A DNA stretch of 64,000 bases from an uncultured delta proteobacterium (GTDB taxonomy: Bacteria > Myxococcota_A > UBA9160 > UBA4427). The notes below the pieces were generated by a model, which was not told the DNA's origin, did not search any database, and saw only the letters and a program-made list of their open reading frames with translations. Below, piece after piece: positions 43,084 through 57,717 of the stretch. The translations under genes were made by a program, and so were the position numbers. The DNA lies in contig CAWGJT010000001.1 in assembly GCA_963822965.1 (NCBI GenBank), positions 96,001 to 160,000 of the forward strand. The letters are read 5' to 3'. Numbering within the stretch: position 1 is the first letter of the stretch; each line of letters opens with the position of its first letter.

Positions 43084-44010
43084 TCAGCGCGGGACCATCA
43101 GCCGCTCCATGATCGCCTTCTGGGCGTGGAGTCGGTTCTCGGCCTGGTCGTAGATCAGGCTGCGGGGTCCGTCGAGCACGTCGGCGGTGACCTCTTCGCC
43201 GCGGTGGGCCGGCATGCAGTGCATCACCCGAGCGTCCGGGGCGTTCTCGAGCAGCTTCTCGTTCACCTGGTAGGGGGCGAAGATCGCCCGGCGCTGCTGG
43301 GCCTCGTCCTCCTGGCCCATGCTCGTCCAGGTGTCCGTGTAGACGAAGTCCGCGCCGCGCACCGCCTCCTGCGGCGACTCCGTCCAGTCGATGCTGGCCC
43401 CGCTGTGCTTGGCGAGCGCCTGGGCCCGCTTCATCACGCGGGCGGAGGGCGGATGGCTGCCCGGCGTGGCGATACGGATCCGCAGCCCCAGCACCGCGCA
43501 CAGCAGCACGAGCGAGTTCACGACGTTGTTGCCGTCGCCCACGTAGGCGAGGGTGGCCTCCCGGACGTCGGCGTTCTCGGCCATCGTCTGCAGATCCGCC
43601 ATGGCCTGGCAGGGATGCAGCAGGTCCGTCAGGCCGTTGACGATGGGGATCGAGGCCTCGGCGGCGAGCTTCTCCACCAGGGCATGGCTGAAGGTTCGCG
43701 CCATCAGGCAGTCGACCCAGCGGGACAGCGTCCGGGCCACGTCCACCGCGCTCTCCCGGGTTCCGATTCCCACCTGTTCCGGACGCAGCAGGATCGCGTG
43801 CCCACCCATCTGCGTGATGCCCGCCTCGAAGGTGACGTGGGTGCGCAGCGACGGCTTCTCGAAGTACATCGCCAGGGTGCGCCCCTGCAAGGTGCGGGGC
43901 CGCTCCCGCTCGGTGTTGAGCCGCTTGAGCTCGCGCGCCCGCTCGAGGATCTGCCAGAGGGATTCGGCGGACCAGTCGGCGACGGAGATGAAGTCCTTGG
44001 GGTCGGCCAT
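43084..44010 (-). CDS. argF: Ornithine carbamoyltransferase
   Basis: FEKPSLRT, HPCQAMAD, SMG, HCMP. Confidence 0.95.
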   Translation of the reverse strand: MADPKDFISVADWSAESLWQILERARELKRLNTERERPRTLQGRTLAMYFEKPSLRTHVTFEAGITQMGGHAILLRPEQVGIGTRESAVDVARTLSRWVDCLMARTFSHALVEKLAAEASIPIVNGLTDLLHPCQAMADLQTMAENADVREATLAYVGDGNNVVNSLVLLCAVLGLRIRIATPGSHPPSARVMKRAQALAKHSGASIDWTESPQEAVRGADFVYTDTWTSMGQEDEAQQRRAIFAPYQVNEKLLENAPDARVMHCMPAHRGEEVTADVLDGPRSLIYDQAENRLHAQKAIMERLMVPR

Positions 44011-44014
44011 GGGC

Positions 44015-44869
44015 TCAGGGGACCAGCAGGGTTCCGACGCCGGCGTCGTCCGTGAAGATCTCGAGCAGCACGGCGTGCAGCACCCGTCCGTCGATGATGT
44101 GGGTCCGGGCCACGCCGCCGGCCAGCGCCTCGATGCAGCAGTCGATCTTGGGAATCATGCCCTCGCGGATCGTGCCCTCGGCGATGTGCTTGCGGGCTTC
44201 CTCGACGCTGAGCTGGCTCATGACGGCGCCCGCGTCGTCCTTCACCCCTTCGACGTCCGTCAGCAGCATGAGCTTCTCGGCCGAGAGCGCCACGGCCAGG
44301 GCGCCCGCCGCCTCGTCGGCGTTCACGTTGTAGGTGAGGCCCCGGGCGTCGGCCCCGATGGGCGCGACGACGGGCACGAAGCCGGCGTCCTCGAGGGCCG
44401 AGATCACGTGGGAGTCCACGGCGACGATCTCGCCGACGCGCCCCACGTCCCCGCCCTCCACCCGCTTGGGGCGGACGCGCAGCATGGCGCCGTCGCTGCC
44501 CGTGAGACCGACGGCACGGCCCCCGGCCTGTTGGATGAGCTCGACGATCTCGCGGTTCACCTTGCCGCCGAGCACCATCTCGACCACCTCCATGGTGGCG
44601 TCGTCGGTCACCCGCAGGCCGTTCACGAAGGTCGATTGGAGACCGAGCCGCTCGAGAGCGCGGCCGATCTGGGGGCCGCCTCCGTGGACGATCACGGGGC
44701 GCACGCCGATGTACTTCAGCAGGACCACGTCCACCGCGAACGACGCGCGCAGGGAGTCGTCCTTCATGGCGTGCCCGCCGTACTTGATGACGATCGTCCG
44801 GCCCACGAAGCGCCGCATGTAGGGCAGCGCCTCGACGAGCACCTCGGCCTTGTCGACGAGATCCTTCAT
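44015..44869 (-). CDS. argB: Acetylglutamate kinase
   Basis: [28 protein letters not shown]. Confidence 0.96.
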   Translation of the reverse strand: MKDLVDKAEVLVEALPYMRRFVGRTIVIKYGGHAMKDDSLRASFAVDVVLLKYIGVRPVIVHGGGPQIGRALERLGLQSTFVNGLRVTDDATMEVVEMVLGGKVNREIVELIQQAGGRAVGLTGSDGAMLRVRPKRVEGGDVGRVGEIVAVDSHVISALEDAGFVPVVAPIGADARGLTYNVNADEAAGALAVALSAEKLMLLTDVEGVKDDAGAVMSQLSVEEARKHIAEGTIREGMIPKIDCCIEALAGGVARTHIIDGRVLHAVLLEIFTDDAGVGTLLVP

Positions 44870-44959
44870 GGGCTCCGTATCGCGGCTCGCAAGCCGGCTT
44901 TCGAGGCGGGCTCTGCCGCGCCCGTGCGAGCAGAGGGTTGCGTCGACCGGGCAATCCCC

Positions 44960-46654
44960 TCAGTGGCGGGCCTGGCGTCGCGCCTCGGCCACCTCCTCGA
45001 TCGACTCGACCAGGCTACGGTACAGGAGCACATTGCGGACCGCAGCCGAGAGGGCCGCGGAGAGCATCTCGCCCGTCGCCGACGAGGCGACGGCGTCCAC
45101 CGGCAGGAAGGCGCGGCACAGCCCCACCACCTTTCCGCGCAGGCGCAGGGGAACGCACAGGAAGGGGCCGGTGGTCCCGTCCTCGGGCGTGTCCACGTCC
45201 GGGTCGTAGCGGCCGTCGAGATCCGGCGCCTGGGTGGCGATGAGATGGCCGCTCTGCAGCACCGTCCCGGTGAGCCCGCTCGCGGGAGGCAGCACCTTGC
45301 GATCCGCGCGATAGCCGCCGTCGAGCTGGGCTTCACACACCAGGTCTCCGGTGGCACCGTCCACCAGATAGAGCGATACGGGCAGCGCCCGCAGGCCCCG
45401 CTCCACGGGCTCGAGCACCGCCCGCAGCACCCGATCGGGCTCCACCTCGTTGACGAGCGCGTCGCAGATGCCGCGCATGAGCTCCGCGTCCGCGGGCCCC
45501 GAGCCGGCCGCCAACGCCTCGAGGGGCTCCGGCGCGACCCCGACCGCCTCGAAGGAGGGCGGCGCCGGCTTGCGCTCGCGCAGCCCCGAGAGCAGCTCGG
45601 CAATGCGTCCCGCCAGCAGACGCAGCAGGGCCAGATCCTCGGCGCCGAAAGCCTGCCCCGTTTCGGGCTCCGTCGCGCACAGGACGCCGAAGGTCTGCTG
45701 GAAGGCTTCGCCTTCCGCCAGCACGGCCTCCGCGAGGGAGCGCGCCGCCTCGTCGATCTCGACCGCGACCGGCGCTTCGCCCTCGTCGCCCGCGCCCTGA
45801 AGGTCACCTGCGGCCGGCGGAGCATCGAAGATGCTCCGTTGCAAGAGCGGGACGACCACGAAGGTCTCCGAGCCGTAGCGCCCCGACGACTCCGGCTCCC
45901 CCGTGAAGCGATCGTCCTGGCTGCGCGCCGCCACCAGGATCGCCTCTCCGCGCTCGGCCACGCGCCCGGCCACCCCCTCCCCGACGATCGCGGGCGACAT
46001 CTCGGCGGTCGGCGTGGTGGATCCCACCGCGGCGATCACGCGCAGCTGCCAGGGCTCGCCGAGGCCGTCCGGATCGCCGCTGCTCTCGTCGCGCAGGAGC
46101 AGGGACGTCCGTCCCGCCTGGAGGAGCTCCGCCGCACCCTCCACCGCCGCGCGGCACAGGTACTCGCGGCGATCGCCGCGAGCCATCCGCGCGGCGCCGA
46201 GGGAGATCTCCTCCGTCAGCGTCACCACCCGGGCGAGCCGGCGCCGCAGCCGCTCGGCCTCCGCCGAAAGGGCGTGGCTCTCGGCCGCTCGGCGCACGGA
46301 ATGCACCAGCTCCTCGTCGTGCAGCGGCTTGGCCAGGTAGTCGCTCGCGCCGAGGCGCAGCGCCTCGAGCACGGTCTCCTGGTCCGTCGAGGCGGAGAGG
46401 ACCAGCACGCGCAGGGTCGGCCGCACCTCGCGCAGGCGGCGCAACACCTCGATGCCGTCCATCCCGGGCATCCGGATGTCGAGCAGCATGACGCCGAGGG
46501 TCTCGTCCTCGGCGAGCGCGAGGGCCTCGCTCCCGTTCTCCGCCGTCACCGACTCGATGCCCGCGGCGTCGAGCACCTCGCTGATGGCTTCGCGGAAGAA
46601 GAGCTCGTCGTCGACGACCGCCACCCGAACCTGCACGCCGTACCCCCCTGCCAA
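44960..46654 (-). CDS. Response regulator, REC plus two GAF-like domains, no output domain seen
   Basis: VVDDE, LLDIRMPGMDG, DYLAKP; GEGVAGRVA..G and GLTG.V..SG GAF motifs. Confidence 0.85.
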   Translation of the reverse strand: MAGGYGVQVRVAVVDDELFFREAISEVLDAAGIESVTAENGSEALALAEDETLGVMLLDIRMPGMDGIEVLRRLREVRPTLRVLVLSASTDQETVLEALRLGASDYLAKPLHDEELVHSVRRAAESHALSAEAERLRRRLARVVTLTEEISLGAARMARGDRREYLCRAAVEGAAELLQAGRTSLLLRDESSGDPDGLGEPWQLRVIAAVGSTTPTAEMSPAIVGEGVAGRVAERGEAILVAARSQDDRFTGEPESSGRYGSETFVVVPLLQRSIFDAPPAAGDLQGAGDEGEAPVAVEIDEAARSLAEAVLAEGEAFQQTFGVLCATEPETGQAFGAEDLALLRLLAGRIAELLSGLRERKPAPPSFEAVGVAPEPLEALAAGSGPADAELMRGICDALVNEVEPDRVLRAVLEPVERGLRALPVSLYLVDGATGDLVCEAQLDGGYRADRKVLPPASGLTGTVLQSGHLIATQAPDLDGRYDPDVDTPEDGTTGPFLCVPLRLRGKVVGLCRAFLPVDAVASSATGEMLSAALSAAVRNVLLYRSLVESIEEVAEARRQARH

Positions 46655-46672
46655 AGCTGCGTCGCGGACCGA

Positions 46673-48036
<1,364 letters not shown>

Positions 48037-48040
<4 letters not shown>

Positions 48041-48582
48041 GGCAGGGTCACCACGTTGATGCGGTCATTGGTGTAGATGCAGATCTCGGCGGCCACGAGC
48101 AGCGCCTCGCGAACGACGTCCTCGGGCGGCAGGTCGGTGTGGCGGACGAGGGCCCGGGCCGCGGACAGGGCGTAGGATCCGCCCGACCCGATGGCGGCCA
48201 CGCCGTCGTCGGGCTCGATCACGTCGCCGCTCCCCGAGACCACCAGCAGGCTGTTCGGATCTCCGACGAGGAGCATCGCCTCGAGGCGGCGGAGGATGCG
48301 ATCCGTGCGCCAGTCGCGCGCCAGCTCGACGGCGGCGCGGCGCACGTTGCCCGGATAGGCCTCGAGCTTCGCCTCCAGCCGCTCCACCAGGGTGAGCGCG
48401 TCGGCCACGCCTCCGGCGAAGCCGACGACCGCCCTGCCCTTCGCCACCCGGCGAACCTTCTCGGCGCCGTGCTTCATCACGGCTTCGCCCAGGGTCACCT
48501 GGCCGTCGGCGCCCATGGCGATGCGACCGTCGCGCAGGGCGGCGACGACGGTCGTCGAACGGATCGCCTGCACGGCGCTCAT
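48037..48582 (-). CDS. hslV: HslUV protease peptidase subunit
   Basis: STT N-terminus, DGQVT, GFAG, IGSGG, ICIYTN. Confidence 0.97.
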
Positions 48583-49568
48583 GCCTCCTCCCGATCCCGC
48601 TTGCCGGGCCCCTGCTTGCGGGCCGCGCGCGGGTGGGCGCGATCGTACACCTGTCGCAGGTGCTCCGCAGACACGGCGGTGTATTTCTGCGTGGTGGACA
48701 GGCTCGCGTGCCCCAACAGCTCCTGGATCTCCCGCAGGTCGGCGCCCATGTCGAGCAGGTGGGTGGCATAGCTGTGCCGCATGCGGTGCGGGTGCACGCG
48801 GTCGCGCAGCCCGGCCGAAAGCCCGCGTTGCTTGAGGATGCGGCGCACGTCGCGGTCCCCGAGACGGCGGGGCACCCCGTCTCGACGCGGACGCAGGGAC
48901 ACGAACAGCGGCTCGCCGAGGATCCCCGGGCGCGTGCGCGCGGCGAGCCAGGCCGAGAGCGCCTCCCGGCACAGGCCGGGCAGGGGCACCACGCGCTCCT
49001 TGCCGCCCTTGCCCACGACCCGGACGTCGCCGGTCCGCAGGTCGAGATCGCGCACGTCGAGGGCCACCAGCTCACCGACCCGGATCCCGGCGCCGTAGAG
49101 CAGCTCGGCGAGCGCCCGATCGCGCAGCCCCCGAAGCGCCTCACGGCGGAGGGCGGCGTCTCCGGCGGAGCCCGCCGGACGCCGGTCGTCGCTCTTCACG
49201 AGCGCGTCGCAGTCGTCCACCGAGAGCGGCCGGGGCAGGCGCGCGGGCGTCTTCGGGAGCGGCAGACCGGCCGTCGGGTCCACGGCCACCTCCCCTTCCC
49301 GCTGCAGGAAGCGAAAGAAGGCCCGCACCCCGGCCAGCTTGCGCGCGCGGGTCGCCGGGCCGCAGCTCTGCTGCAGCTCCACGAGCCAGGCACGCACGAG
49401 GCGCGGCGTGGTCTTGCGCGGAACGGTCCGCTCTCCCGCGAAGGCCGCGAGCTGTCGGACGTCCGAGAGGTACGCGCGGCGCGTGTGGGCGGACTGGTTG
49501 CGCTCCGCCCGCAGGAAGATCTCGAACTCGCGCTGGGCGCGGGCCCAGCTGAGCTCGCCGGCGCTCAT
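48579..49568 (-). CDS. xerC: Tyrosine recombinase XerC
   Basis: [38 protein letters not shown]; trmFO-xerC-hslVU synteny. Confidence 0.9.
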   Translation of the reverse strand: MSAGELSWARAQREFEIFLRAERNQSAHTRRAYLSDVRQLAAFAGERTVPRKTTPRLVRAWLVELQQSCGPATRARKLAGVRAFFRFLQREGEVAVDPTAGLPLPKTPARLPRPLSVDDCDALVKSDDRRPAGSAGDAALRREALRGLRDRALAELLYGAGIRVGELVALDVRDLDLRTGDVRVVGKGGKERVVPLPGLCREALSAWLAARTRPGILGEPLFVSLRPRRDGVPRRLGDRDVRRILKQRGLSAGLRDRVHPHRMRHSYATHLLDMGADLREIQELLGHASLSTTQKYTAVSAEHLRQVYDRAHPRAARKQGPGKRDREEA

Positions 49569-50935
49569 GCGGTCCCGACCGCCACACGCCGGCCGTAGCC
49601 CGCAAACGACTCCAGGGCGTGTCGGGCGATGCGCTCGTTGCGTTCGCGCTTGGGCAGCTTGCGCCTGCCGCCAGATTCGGGCAGCGGCGGGAACAACCCG
49701 TAGTTGACGTTCATCGGCTGGAAGTGCCTGGCGCCGGCGTTCATCAGGTGGGCGACGAGCGCACCGTGCGCGGTGTCCGGCGGCGGCGGCTCGAACGTCT
49801 CTCCCCGAACCGCCCGCGCGGCGTGGATTCCGGCGATCCCACCGAGGGCCGCCGACTCCACGTACCCCTCGACGCCCGCCATCTGCCCCGCGAGGTAGAG
49901 CCCCGGACGGGCGCGCAGCTCCAGGCTGGGGGTGAGGCGCTTCGGCGCGTTCACGTAGGTGTTGCGGTGCACGGAGCCGAAGCGCGCGAACACGGCCTCT
50001 TCGAGCCCGGGCAGGCCGCGCAGCAGGCGCTTCTGCTCTCCGACGCGAAGCTTCGTCTGGAATCCCACGAGGTTGTAGAGGACACCGGCCTTGTCCTCCT
50101 GTCGCAGCTGGACCACCGCGTGGGGACGCCGCCCGGTCCGCGGGTCCACGAGCCCGACGGGCTTCATCGGACCGAAGGCCAGGGTCTCGGGGCCGCGGCG
50201 CGCGAGCTCCTCGATGGGCAGGCAGCCCTCGAAGTAGAGCGCGGCCTCGAAGGGGTGCAACGGGACGGTCTCGGCGGCGAGCAGCCCCGCTACGAAGGCC
50301 TCGTAGCGATCGCGATCGAGGGGAACGTTCAGGTAGTCGCCCTCCCCTTCCTCGGGCGATCCGTAGCGCGAGGCCCGGAAGACCACGTCGTGGTCGATCG
50401 AGTCCGCGTAGACGGTGGGCGAGATGGCGTCGTAGAAGTACAGGTACTCCTCCCCGAGAAGCCCCTGCAGGTCGCGCGCGAGCTCGGGGGCCGTCAGGGG
50501 ACCGGTGGCCAGGATGACGACCGGATCGTCCGGGATGCGGGCGACCAGCTCGCGGCGTACCTCGATCCGGGGGTGCGCGTCGACGGCATCGGTCACGAAA
50601 CGGGAGAACGCGATGCGATCCACGGCCAGCGCGCGGCCCGCGGGCACCGCCGTCGCGTCGGCCGCCTCGAGGACGAGCGAGCCCATCCGACGCATCTCCT
50701 CCTTGAGCAGGCCCACGGCGTTGGCCAGGGTGTTGGCGCGCAGGGAGTTGCTGCACACGAGCTCCGCGAGGTCGGGGGATCGGTGGGCCGGCGAGAGGCG
50801 CTCGGGCTTCATGTCGTAGAGCACCACCGGGACGCCCCGACGGGCGGCCTGCCACGCCGCCTCACAGCCCGCCAGTCCTCCGCCCACGATCGTGATCGCG
50901 GCAGCGGACGTCGCATCGAATCGCTGGGTCGTCAC
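49565..50935 (-). CDS. trmFO: Folate/FAD-dependent tRNA m5U54 methyltransferase
   Basis: [36 protein letters not shown]. Confidence 0.96.
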   Translation of the reverse strand: MTTQRFDATSAAAITIVGGGLAGCEAAWQAARRGVPVVLYDMKPERLSPAHRSPDLAELVCSNSLRANTLANAVGLLKEEMRRMGSLVLEAADATAVPAGRALAVDRIAFSRFVTDAVDAHPRIEVRRELVARIPDDPVVILATGPLTAPELARDLQGLLGEEYLYFYDAISPTVYADSIDHDVVFRASRYGSPEEGEGDYLNVPLDRDRYEAFVAGLLAAETVPLHPFEAALYFEGCLPIEELARRGPETLAFGPMKPVGLVDPRTGRRPHAVVQLRQEDKAGVLYNLVGFQTKLRVGEQKRLLRGLPGLEEAVFARFGSVHRNTYVNAPKRLTPSLELRARPGLYLAGQMAGVEGYVESAALGGIAGIHAARAVRGETFEPPPPDTAHGALVAHLMNAGARHFQPMNVNYGLFPPLPESGGRRKLPKRERNERIARHALESFAGYGRRVAVGTA

Positions 50936-51054
50936 GGGCCCCTCTCGCAGGTGGCTGGCAGCAGGCTCGAAGCACGGCGCGGCCGACGTCCCGAGCCGGG
51001 CCTCGCGGATCTCGGATCGCCGCTCACTGCGGCGCGGGGGCAACCCACCATAGC

Positions 51055-52164
51055 TCAGGGTGCGCCCACGACTCGTAGAAGCCCGTCTCGATCGGTCGCC
51101 ACGCGCCCGCAGAGCTCGAGCTCCGTGAGCGCCAGGGCCAGGCGGCCGGGCGCCAGAGCGAGCCTCGCGGCCAGCTCGTCGGGCGTCGCGGGATGGCGCG
51201 CGAGCGCCTCCAGCACGGCTCGCTCGTCGGGACCGGGGGGCGGGCCGGCGCCCTTCGTGGCCGGCGCGGCCTCTCCCGGCGGAGCGGGAAGGCGGAGGGC
51301 CCGGAACACGTCCTCGACGGCCGTGAGCGGTGCCGCACCGTCGCGCAGCAACCGATTCGGTCCCTGGCTGGTCGGCGCCCCGATCGGCCCGGGCACGGCC
51401 ATCACCTCGCGGCCCTGTTCGAGCGCGCAGCGCGCCGTCACGAGCGATCCGCTCCGCAGCCGGCCCTCGACCACGACCACGATCTCCGACAGCCCGGAGA
51501 TCAGTCGATTGCGGAGCGGGAAGTAGTGAGGGAGCGGGGGCGTTCCCAGGGGCATCTCGGTCACCACCGCCCCGGAGGCCGCGATCTCCGCGGCGAGCAG
51601 CGCGTGCTCGGCCGGGTAGGTGGTCTCGGGTCCACAGGCGGAGAACGCCACCGTGAGCCCGCCCGCCGCCAGCGCGGCCCGATGGGCGGCGGCGTCGATC
51701 CCCCGGGCCAGGCCCGAGACCACGACGACGCCGGCCGACGCCAGCGCGGTCGCCAGCCGCCGGGCAACGTCGAGCCCGTAGACCGTGGGCGCCCGCGCCC
51801 CCACGATCGCCACGGCGCGACCGAGCAGCACGCCGGGCTCGCCCCGGACGAGCAGCAGGGGAGCCGCGTCCGGCAGGCGCCGCAGACTCTCCGGATACAC
51901 GTTCGAGAGCCACGGGACCGCGCGCACCCCGAGCCGTGCGAGGGCTTCGAGGTTGCCGGGCCGATCGCGTCCCGCACGTCCGCGCCCGGTCCGCGGCCGG
52001 CGGACCCCGGCCAGCCGGAGGACGGCCGCGGGATCGTGCGTCTGCGCGAGCCACGCCGCCGCCTGCGCGGGTGCGAGATGCAGGGCGGCCTGGAGGTCGA
52101 GCCAGGTCGCGAGCAGCGGCCGGTGCTCGGGATCGCTCGGGTCGAGAACGTCCGGAATCGCCAA
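51055..52164 (-). CDS. dprA: DNA processing protein DprA/Smf
   Basis: [34 protein letters not shown]. Confidence 0.95.
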   Translation of the reverse strand: MAIPDVLDPSDPEHRPLLATWLDLQAALHLAPAQAAAWLAQTHDPAAVLRLAGVRRPRTGRGRAGRDRPGNLEALARLGVRAVPWLSNVYPESLRRLPDAAPLLLVRGEPGVLLGRAVAIVGARAPTVYGLDVARRLATALASAGVVVVSGLARGIDAAAHRAALAAGGLTVAFSACGPETTYPAEHALLAAEIAASGAVVTEMPLGTPPLPHYFPLRNRLISGLSEIVVVVEGRLRSGSLVTARCALEQGREVMAVPGPIGAPTSQGPNRLLRDGAAPLTAVEDVFRALRLPAPPGEAAPATKGAGPPPGPDERAVLEALARHPATPDELAARLALAPGRLALALTELELCGRVATDRDGLLRVVGAP

Positions 52165-52202
52165 GAGAGGCTCCCCGGGACCGGGGAGACCCTGGAATAG
52201 CA

Positions 52203-52230
52203 GAGGGGGGCCGCCACGGCGGCCCCCCTC
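52203..52230 (-). terminator. GC-rich hairpin after the LysM gene
   Basis: GAGGGGGGCCGC-N4-GCGGCCCCCCTC perfect stem; weak U-tract. Confidence 0.55.
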
Positions 52231-52254
52231 GTGGTCCTTCGTCCCGGACGGGTC

Positions 52255-53706
52255 TCAGCGCGCCGCGAAGTGGTCCGCCGGGGTGCTGCGCACAGTGTCC
52301 CCGATCTCGAGCTCACGGTTCGTCTCGGTCACGTAGGCGACGCTGCTCTCGGGCTCGACACGGATCACGATCATCCGAGCGACCACGGAGTCGGGCATCT
52401 GGGTCGCCTCGCGCACCTTGCCCCGGTCGTAGACCTCCATCAGGGTGCCGACCTCGACGCCGTGGATGCTGCCCACGTTCAGGTAGACCGAATCGGTGGA
52501 GCCCACCATCCAGCGGATTCCGGGCGTGAAGACGATGGAGCCCTCGACGTCGTCCAGGGCCTCCCGCACGGTGACCTCGCGCGGCAGGACCGCGCGAGGA
52601 ACGATGTGATCCCCGCGCTGCAGCTCGCTGTTGGCGCCGCGCACCGTGGCACGGCTCGACTCTCCCTCGACCTGGGTGACCTTGAGCCATCCCAGCTCGT
52701 CGAAGTGGTAGCCGAGCACGGCGCCCGTCTCGACGTCGCGAATCTTCTCCACCTCGCGGAAGATCGTGAACTCGTCGCCGACGGAGACCTGGCCTTCGCC
52801 CAGGTTCAGGTAGACCTCGTCACCCTGGGTGAGGAAGGCGCGCAGCGAAGGACTGTCGACGATCATCGCGGCGTTCTCGAGCACGTCCGGCCGGGTGAAG
52901 TTCGCGTCCTGCTCGGTGGGGATCAGGATCGTTCCGCCGCTTCGGCCGGTCGCGGTCGCGAGCGGCACCGGCACCGAAAGCTCCGTCTGCTCCGCGGAGG
53001 CGGGCGGCTCTACGGGGAGGCTCTCGTCCTCGGCCACCGTCACGTCCTGGAGGATCTCGACGTCCGGCGCCTCATCGGAATCGGCGGCGCTCAGCATCTG
53101 CTCCGCCTCCTCGTCGCTGACCCGTCGCATCTCGTTGGAGGTGATCCAGATGCGGTCGCCGGGCTCGATGAGGTGGGGATTCTCGATCTCCTGGTTCTCG
53201 TTCCACACCGACGGCCACACCCAGGGCGTGCCGAGGTAGGCCTCGGAGATGTCCCACAGGGTCTCTCCCTTGCTCACCGTGTGGATGCGACCCTCGACGC
53301 CCTTGGCGTCGACGCCCATCGGGCCGAGGGGGATCGCCGCAGCGCGCCGGCTCATCTTGGCCTTCGCGACGGCCGGTGTGGGCGCGGGCTCGGTGGCCGT
53401 CGCGGGATCGAAGCCCGGATCCTCGAAGTCGTCCCAGCTGACGTCGGGAGCCGGCTGCGCGGCGGCGTCGCCGGCGGTCGCGGTCGCCTCTTGCGACGGA
53501 TCCGACGGCGCCGGCGCCTCGGCGGCGGCGACCTCTTCCGGGGCTTGCGGCGCCGCTGCCGCGGACGCGTCCGGCGCGGGCGTCTCGGGCGCGGGAGCCT
53601 CCGCCGCGGGAGCCTCCGCCGCGGGAGCCTCCGCGTCCGCCAGCACCGAGACAGGGGCGACGACCCACACGAAGGCCGAAGCCAAGACGAGAGTCCAGAG
53701 CCTCAT
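52255..53706 (-). CDS. LysM protein, TsaP-like secretin-associated
   Basis: Signal peptide, EAPAA repeats, [12 protein letters not shown]...[20 protein letters not shown]; adjacent to dprA. Confidence 0.8.
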   Translation of the reverse strand: MRLWTLVLASAFVWVVAPVSVLADAEAPAAEAPAAEAPAPETPAPDASAAAAPQAPEEVAAAEAPAPSDPSQEATATAGDAAAQPAPDVSWDDFEDPGFDPATATEPAPTPAVAKAKMSRRAAAIPLGPMGVDAKGVEGRIHTVSKGETLWDISEAYLGTPWVWPSVWNENQEIENPHLIEPGDRIWITSNEMRRVSDEEAEQMLSAADSDEAPDVEILQDVTVAEDESLPVEPPASAEQTELSVPVPLATATGRSGGTILIPTEQDANFTRPDVLENAAMIVDSPSLRAFLTQGDEVYLNLGEGQVSVGDEFTIFREVEKIRDVETGAVLGYHFDELGWLKVTQVEGESSRATVRGANSELQRGDHIVPRAVLPREVTVREALDDVEGSIVFTPGIRWMVGSTDSVYLNVGSIHGVEVGTLMEVYDRGKVREATQMPDSVVARMIVIRVEPESSVAYVTETNRELEIGDTVRSTPADHFAAR

Positions 53707-53775
53707 CGAATCCCTCCACATCGGTGCCCACACGAACGCAGGCACCCCCGCGCGTCACGCAGGTGTACCCCGACC

Positions 53776-53803
53776 GTATCGGCCACCGGAGGCAGGGCCT
53801 TTA
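53776..53803 (-). promoter_or_regulatory. Sigma28-like promoter upstream of the LysM gene
   Basis: TAAAG-N15-GCCGATAC. Confidence 0.68.
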
Positions 53804-53863
53804 CGGACCACGGGGACGTGTGGGCGGGACGGGGGGGCGACGCGGGCGGGAGCCGAGTGGGGC

Positions 53864-56371
53864 TCAGCCGGCCGGCTTCAGCCGGGAGAGCATCTGCCGC
53901 GCCGACCGCGACCATTCGGGCTCGATCGGCTTGTCGCCTCGGGCCCGAATGGCCGTGAGCCGCTGCTCCAGGTCCGCCAGGGCCACCTCGAGGGTCTCGA
54001 TGGCTTCCTGGGTCTGGTCGTTGGCCGCGTAGGCCTGGGCCAGATGGTGACGGACGACACCGAGATTGGGCGAGTCCGGATCGATCGTCGCCACCGCTTC
54101 CTTCAGATATCCGACGGCAGCGGAAGAGATCCCCCGCTTGTAGAGCACCCAGCCCAGGGTATCCGCTGCGTTGCCGTTGTTCGGCATGGCGGCCTTGGCC
54201 TGCTGGGCGAGATCGAGCGCGCGGTCCAGCTGCTTGCCGGACTCCGCCAGCAGGTAGGCCAGGTTGTTCTTGGACTGCGCGAGGTCCGGGTCGAGCTCGA
54301 TCGCCCGTTCGTACTCCTTGATGGCGTCGTCCACGCGACCACCCACCTCGTAGAGCACGGCGACGAAGTGGTGGAGCTGGGCGTCCTTGGGCCGCTGGAC
54401 GAGCGCCCGCTCGTAGGTCTCGAGGGTCTCGTCGAGACGGCCCGAGGCCTGGTAGAAGGCCGCGAGCTGCTGGTAGGCCGCCATGTTGTTCGGGTCGAGC
54501 TGGGTCGCCTTCTGGAGGCTCTCCTCGGCGAGCGCCAGGTTGCCCGTGGCGATGGCCAGCGCGCCGTTCAGCCGCGCCAGCTCGGCGTTGTCCGGCTCGG
54601 CGGCGACCGCCGCCTCGATCAGCGCCCGGGTCTCGGGCAGGCGATCGGTGCCCCGATCCAGGGCCAGCAGGGTGCCCAGGATCTCGGGCTGGCGCGGGCT
54701 CTTCTGCGCCGCGCGCAGGAGCAGCTTGCGCGCGGCCGCCGGGTCGCTCCGTCCCAGGGCGAGCCGCGCCCGGGCATAGAGGACCTCGGCGTTCCAGTCC
54801 GACTCGGGGATGCGGTCGAGCTCGGCCTGCGCCTCGTCCCGCCGGCCGAGCCGCACGAGGCTCTGGGCCACCAGGATGCGTGTCTTGAGGTCTTCGGGAT
54901 GCTCGGCGAGATAGGCCCGTCCCTGCTCGACCGCGTACTCGTGCTCCCCGAGCGAGGCGTGCAGGCGTGCCAGCATCTTGCGCGCCTCCAGCATTCCGGG
55001 GTCGAGCTCCACCGCCCGCGCCACCTCGGCGCGCGCCTCGGTGAGCTGCCCCTGGAGCATGAGCGCCGAGCCGAGCACGAAGTGCGCCTGGGACCACTCG
55101 GGACGCGAGTCGATGGCCGCGCGCAGGGCCTTCTCCGCCTGGGGGATGTTCTGCTCGGCGAGCTCGAGCTTGCCCCGCACGAAGAGCGCTTCCGGATCCG
55201 TCGGCTCCGCCTCGAGAATGGCGTCCACGATGCCCCGGGCCTCGGCGACCCGCTCGGGGTCCTTTCCGCGATAGCCGAGGTCCACCAGCAGCTCCGCCTT
55301 GCGAAGCCGCGCCTTGGTGTCGTCGGGGGCGATCGCCAGCGCGGCCTCGGCCGCCGCCAGGGCGCCGTCCAGGTCTCCCTGGCGGCTGCGATAGGCGGAG
55401 AGGATCAGCTGGGGCTTGGGATCGTCGGGGGCCGCGGTCGTGGCGGACTCGATCAAGCGGTCGGCGCCCTCGAGGTTGCCCTGGGCCCGGTAATAGCGCG
55501 CCAGCAGGTAGATCAGGTCGAGCTTGTCGGCGGCGTCCCCGGGCGGCCCGGCGATGGTCTTCTCGAGCAGCGCGACGGAATCCTTGGGGCGGCCGAGCAC
55601 GTAGTAGTAGGTCGCCAGGTTCTGGACGGCGGCGTTGCGGTCCTTCGCCTCGGCGGTCTCGATGGCCTGCTGGAAGGCGTGCAGCGCGTCGTCCACGCGC
55701 TTCGGGTCCTCGGCGAGAAAGCGCGCCAGCGACGTGTAGGACAGGAAGCTCGGCTCGCGCTGCACGAATTCCTGCAGCAGGGGCTCGGCCTGCTCGCGGT
55801 CCCTCTGGCGCGCGTAGTAGCCCGCCGTGACGAGGAGATAGGAACCCTCGTCGGGATCCTTCTCGATCGCCATGCGGTACTGCGGCTCCGCCTCCTCGAC
55901 CCGGCCGAGACGCTCGAGGGCCTGGCCGGAGAGGACGTACGCGCTCGCCCGGTCGGGGTCGAGCTCGATGCACCGCTGGGCCTGCTCGAGAGCCTCGTCG
56001 AAGTTCTTGGTGAGCAGGCTGAGACCACCCAGGGTGAGCCGGGCGTCGACGTTCGAGCCGTCGAGACGCACGGTCTCCGAGAGCTCCCAATACGCCTCCT
56101 TGCCCCGCTTGAGGTCGAGGTAGGCCTTCGCGAGTGCGTAGTGGGCGTCCGCGTCGTTGGGATCGATCTGCAGCGCGTTCCGGTACTCGATCACGGCCTC
56201 TTCGAGCGCGCCCTCCGAGACGTAGGCGTCGCCGTTCTTCATGAACGCGGCGAGCTTCTCGTCGTCGCTCTTGCAGGCGGGGAACGCCGCCGCGACACAC
56301 AGCAGCACGAGCAGCGAGGAAATCGCCGAGCGGCGGCCGGTGGCGAGCGCATGCGGAAGCGGGAAGCGCAT
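53864..56371 (-). CDS. Large TPR lipoprotein (PrsT/EPS-export-associated type)
   Basis: Lipobox-like FPA|C, AVIEYRNALQIDP, many TPRs, NNLAYLL, DTLGWVLY. Confidence 0.82.
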   Translation of the reverse strand: MRFPLPHALATGRRSAISSLLVLLCVAAAFPACKSDDEKLAAFMKNGDAYVSEGALEEAVIEYRNALQIDPNDADAHYALAKAYLDLKRGKEAYWELSETVRLDGSNVDARLTLGGLSLLTKNFDEALEQAQRCIELDPDRASAYVLSGQALERLGRVEEAEPQYRMAIEKDPDEGSYLLVTAGYYARQRDREQAEPLLQEFVQREPSFLSYTSLARFLAEDPKRVDDALHAFQQAIETAEAKDRNAAVQNLATYYYVLGRPKDSVALLEKTIAGPPGDAADKLDLIYLLARYYRAQGNLEGADRLIESATTAAPDDPKPQLILSAYRSRQGDLDGALAAAEAALAIAPDDTKARLRKAELLVDLGYRGKDPERVAEARGIVDAILEAEPTDPEALFVRGKLELAEQNIPQAEKALRAAIDSRPEWSQAHFVLGSALMLQGQLTEARAEVARAVELDPGMLEARKMLARLHASLGEHEYAVEQGRAYLAEHPEDLKTRILVAQSLVRLGRRDEAQAELDRIPESDWNAEVLYARARLALGRSDPAAARKLLLRAAQKSPRQPEILGTLLALDRGTDRLPETRALIEAAVAAEPDNAELARLNGALAIATGNLALAEESLQKATQLDPNNMAAYQQLAAFYQASGRLDETLETYERALVQRPKDAQLHHFVAVLYEVGGRVDDAIKEYERAIELDPDLAQSKNNLAYLLAESGKQLDRALDLAQQAKAAMPNNGNAADTLGWVLYKRGISSAAVGYLKEAVATIDPDSPNLGVVRHHLAQAYAANDQTQEAIETLEVALADLEQRLTAIRARGDKPIEPEWSRSARQMLSRLKPAG

Positions 56372-56452
56372 GATGCGAGAACCTCTGGGCGATCGGCGAT
56401 CTGCCGGCGGGGCCTGGATGGGCCCGCCGTGAGCCGGGTTGCGGGAACGCGA

Positions 56453-57676
<1,224 letters not shown>

Positions 57677-57717
57677 GGGAGGAGATGCCGGAAGCCGAAG
57701 GGCGCTACGGCGCGCGT

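Noticed and set aside
48579..49568. Phage or island integrase
   Set aside because: Housekeeping trmFO-xerC-hslVU context, with no att sites or cargo.
53585..53640. 15-bp repeats as a DNA element
   Set aside because: They encode an EAPAA low-complexity linker in the LysM protein.
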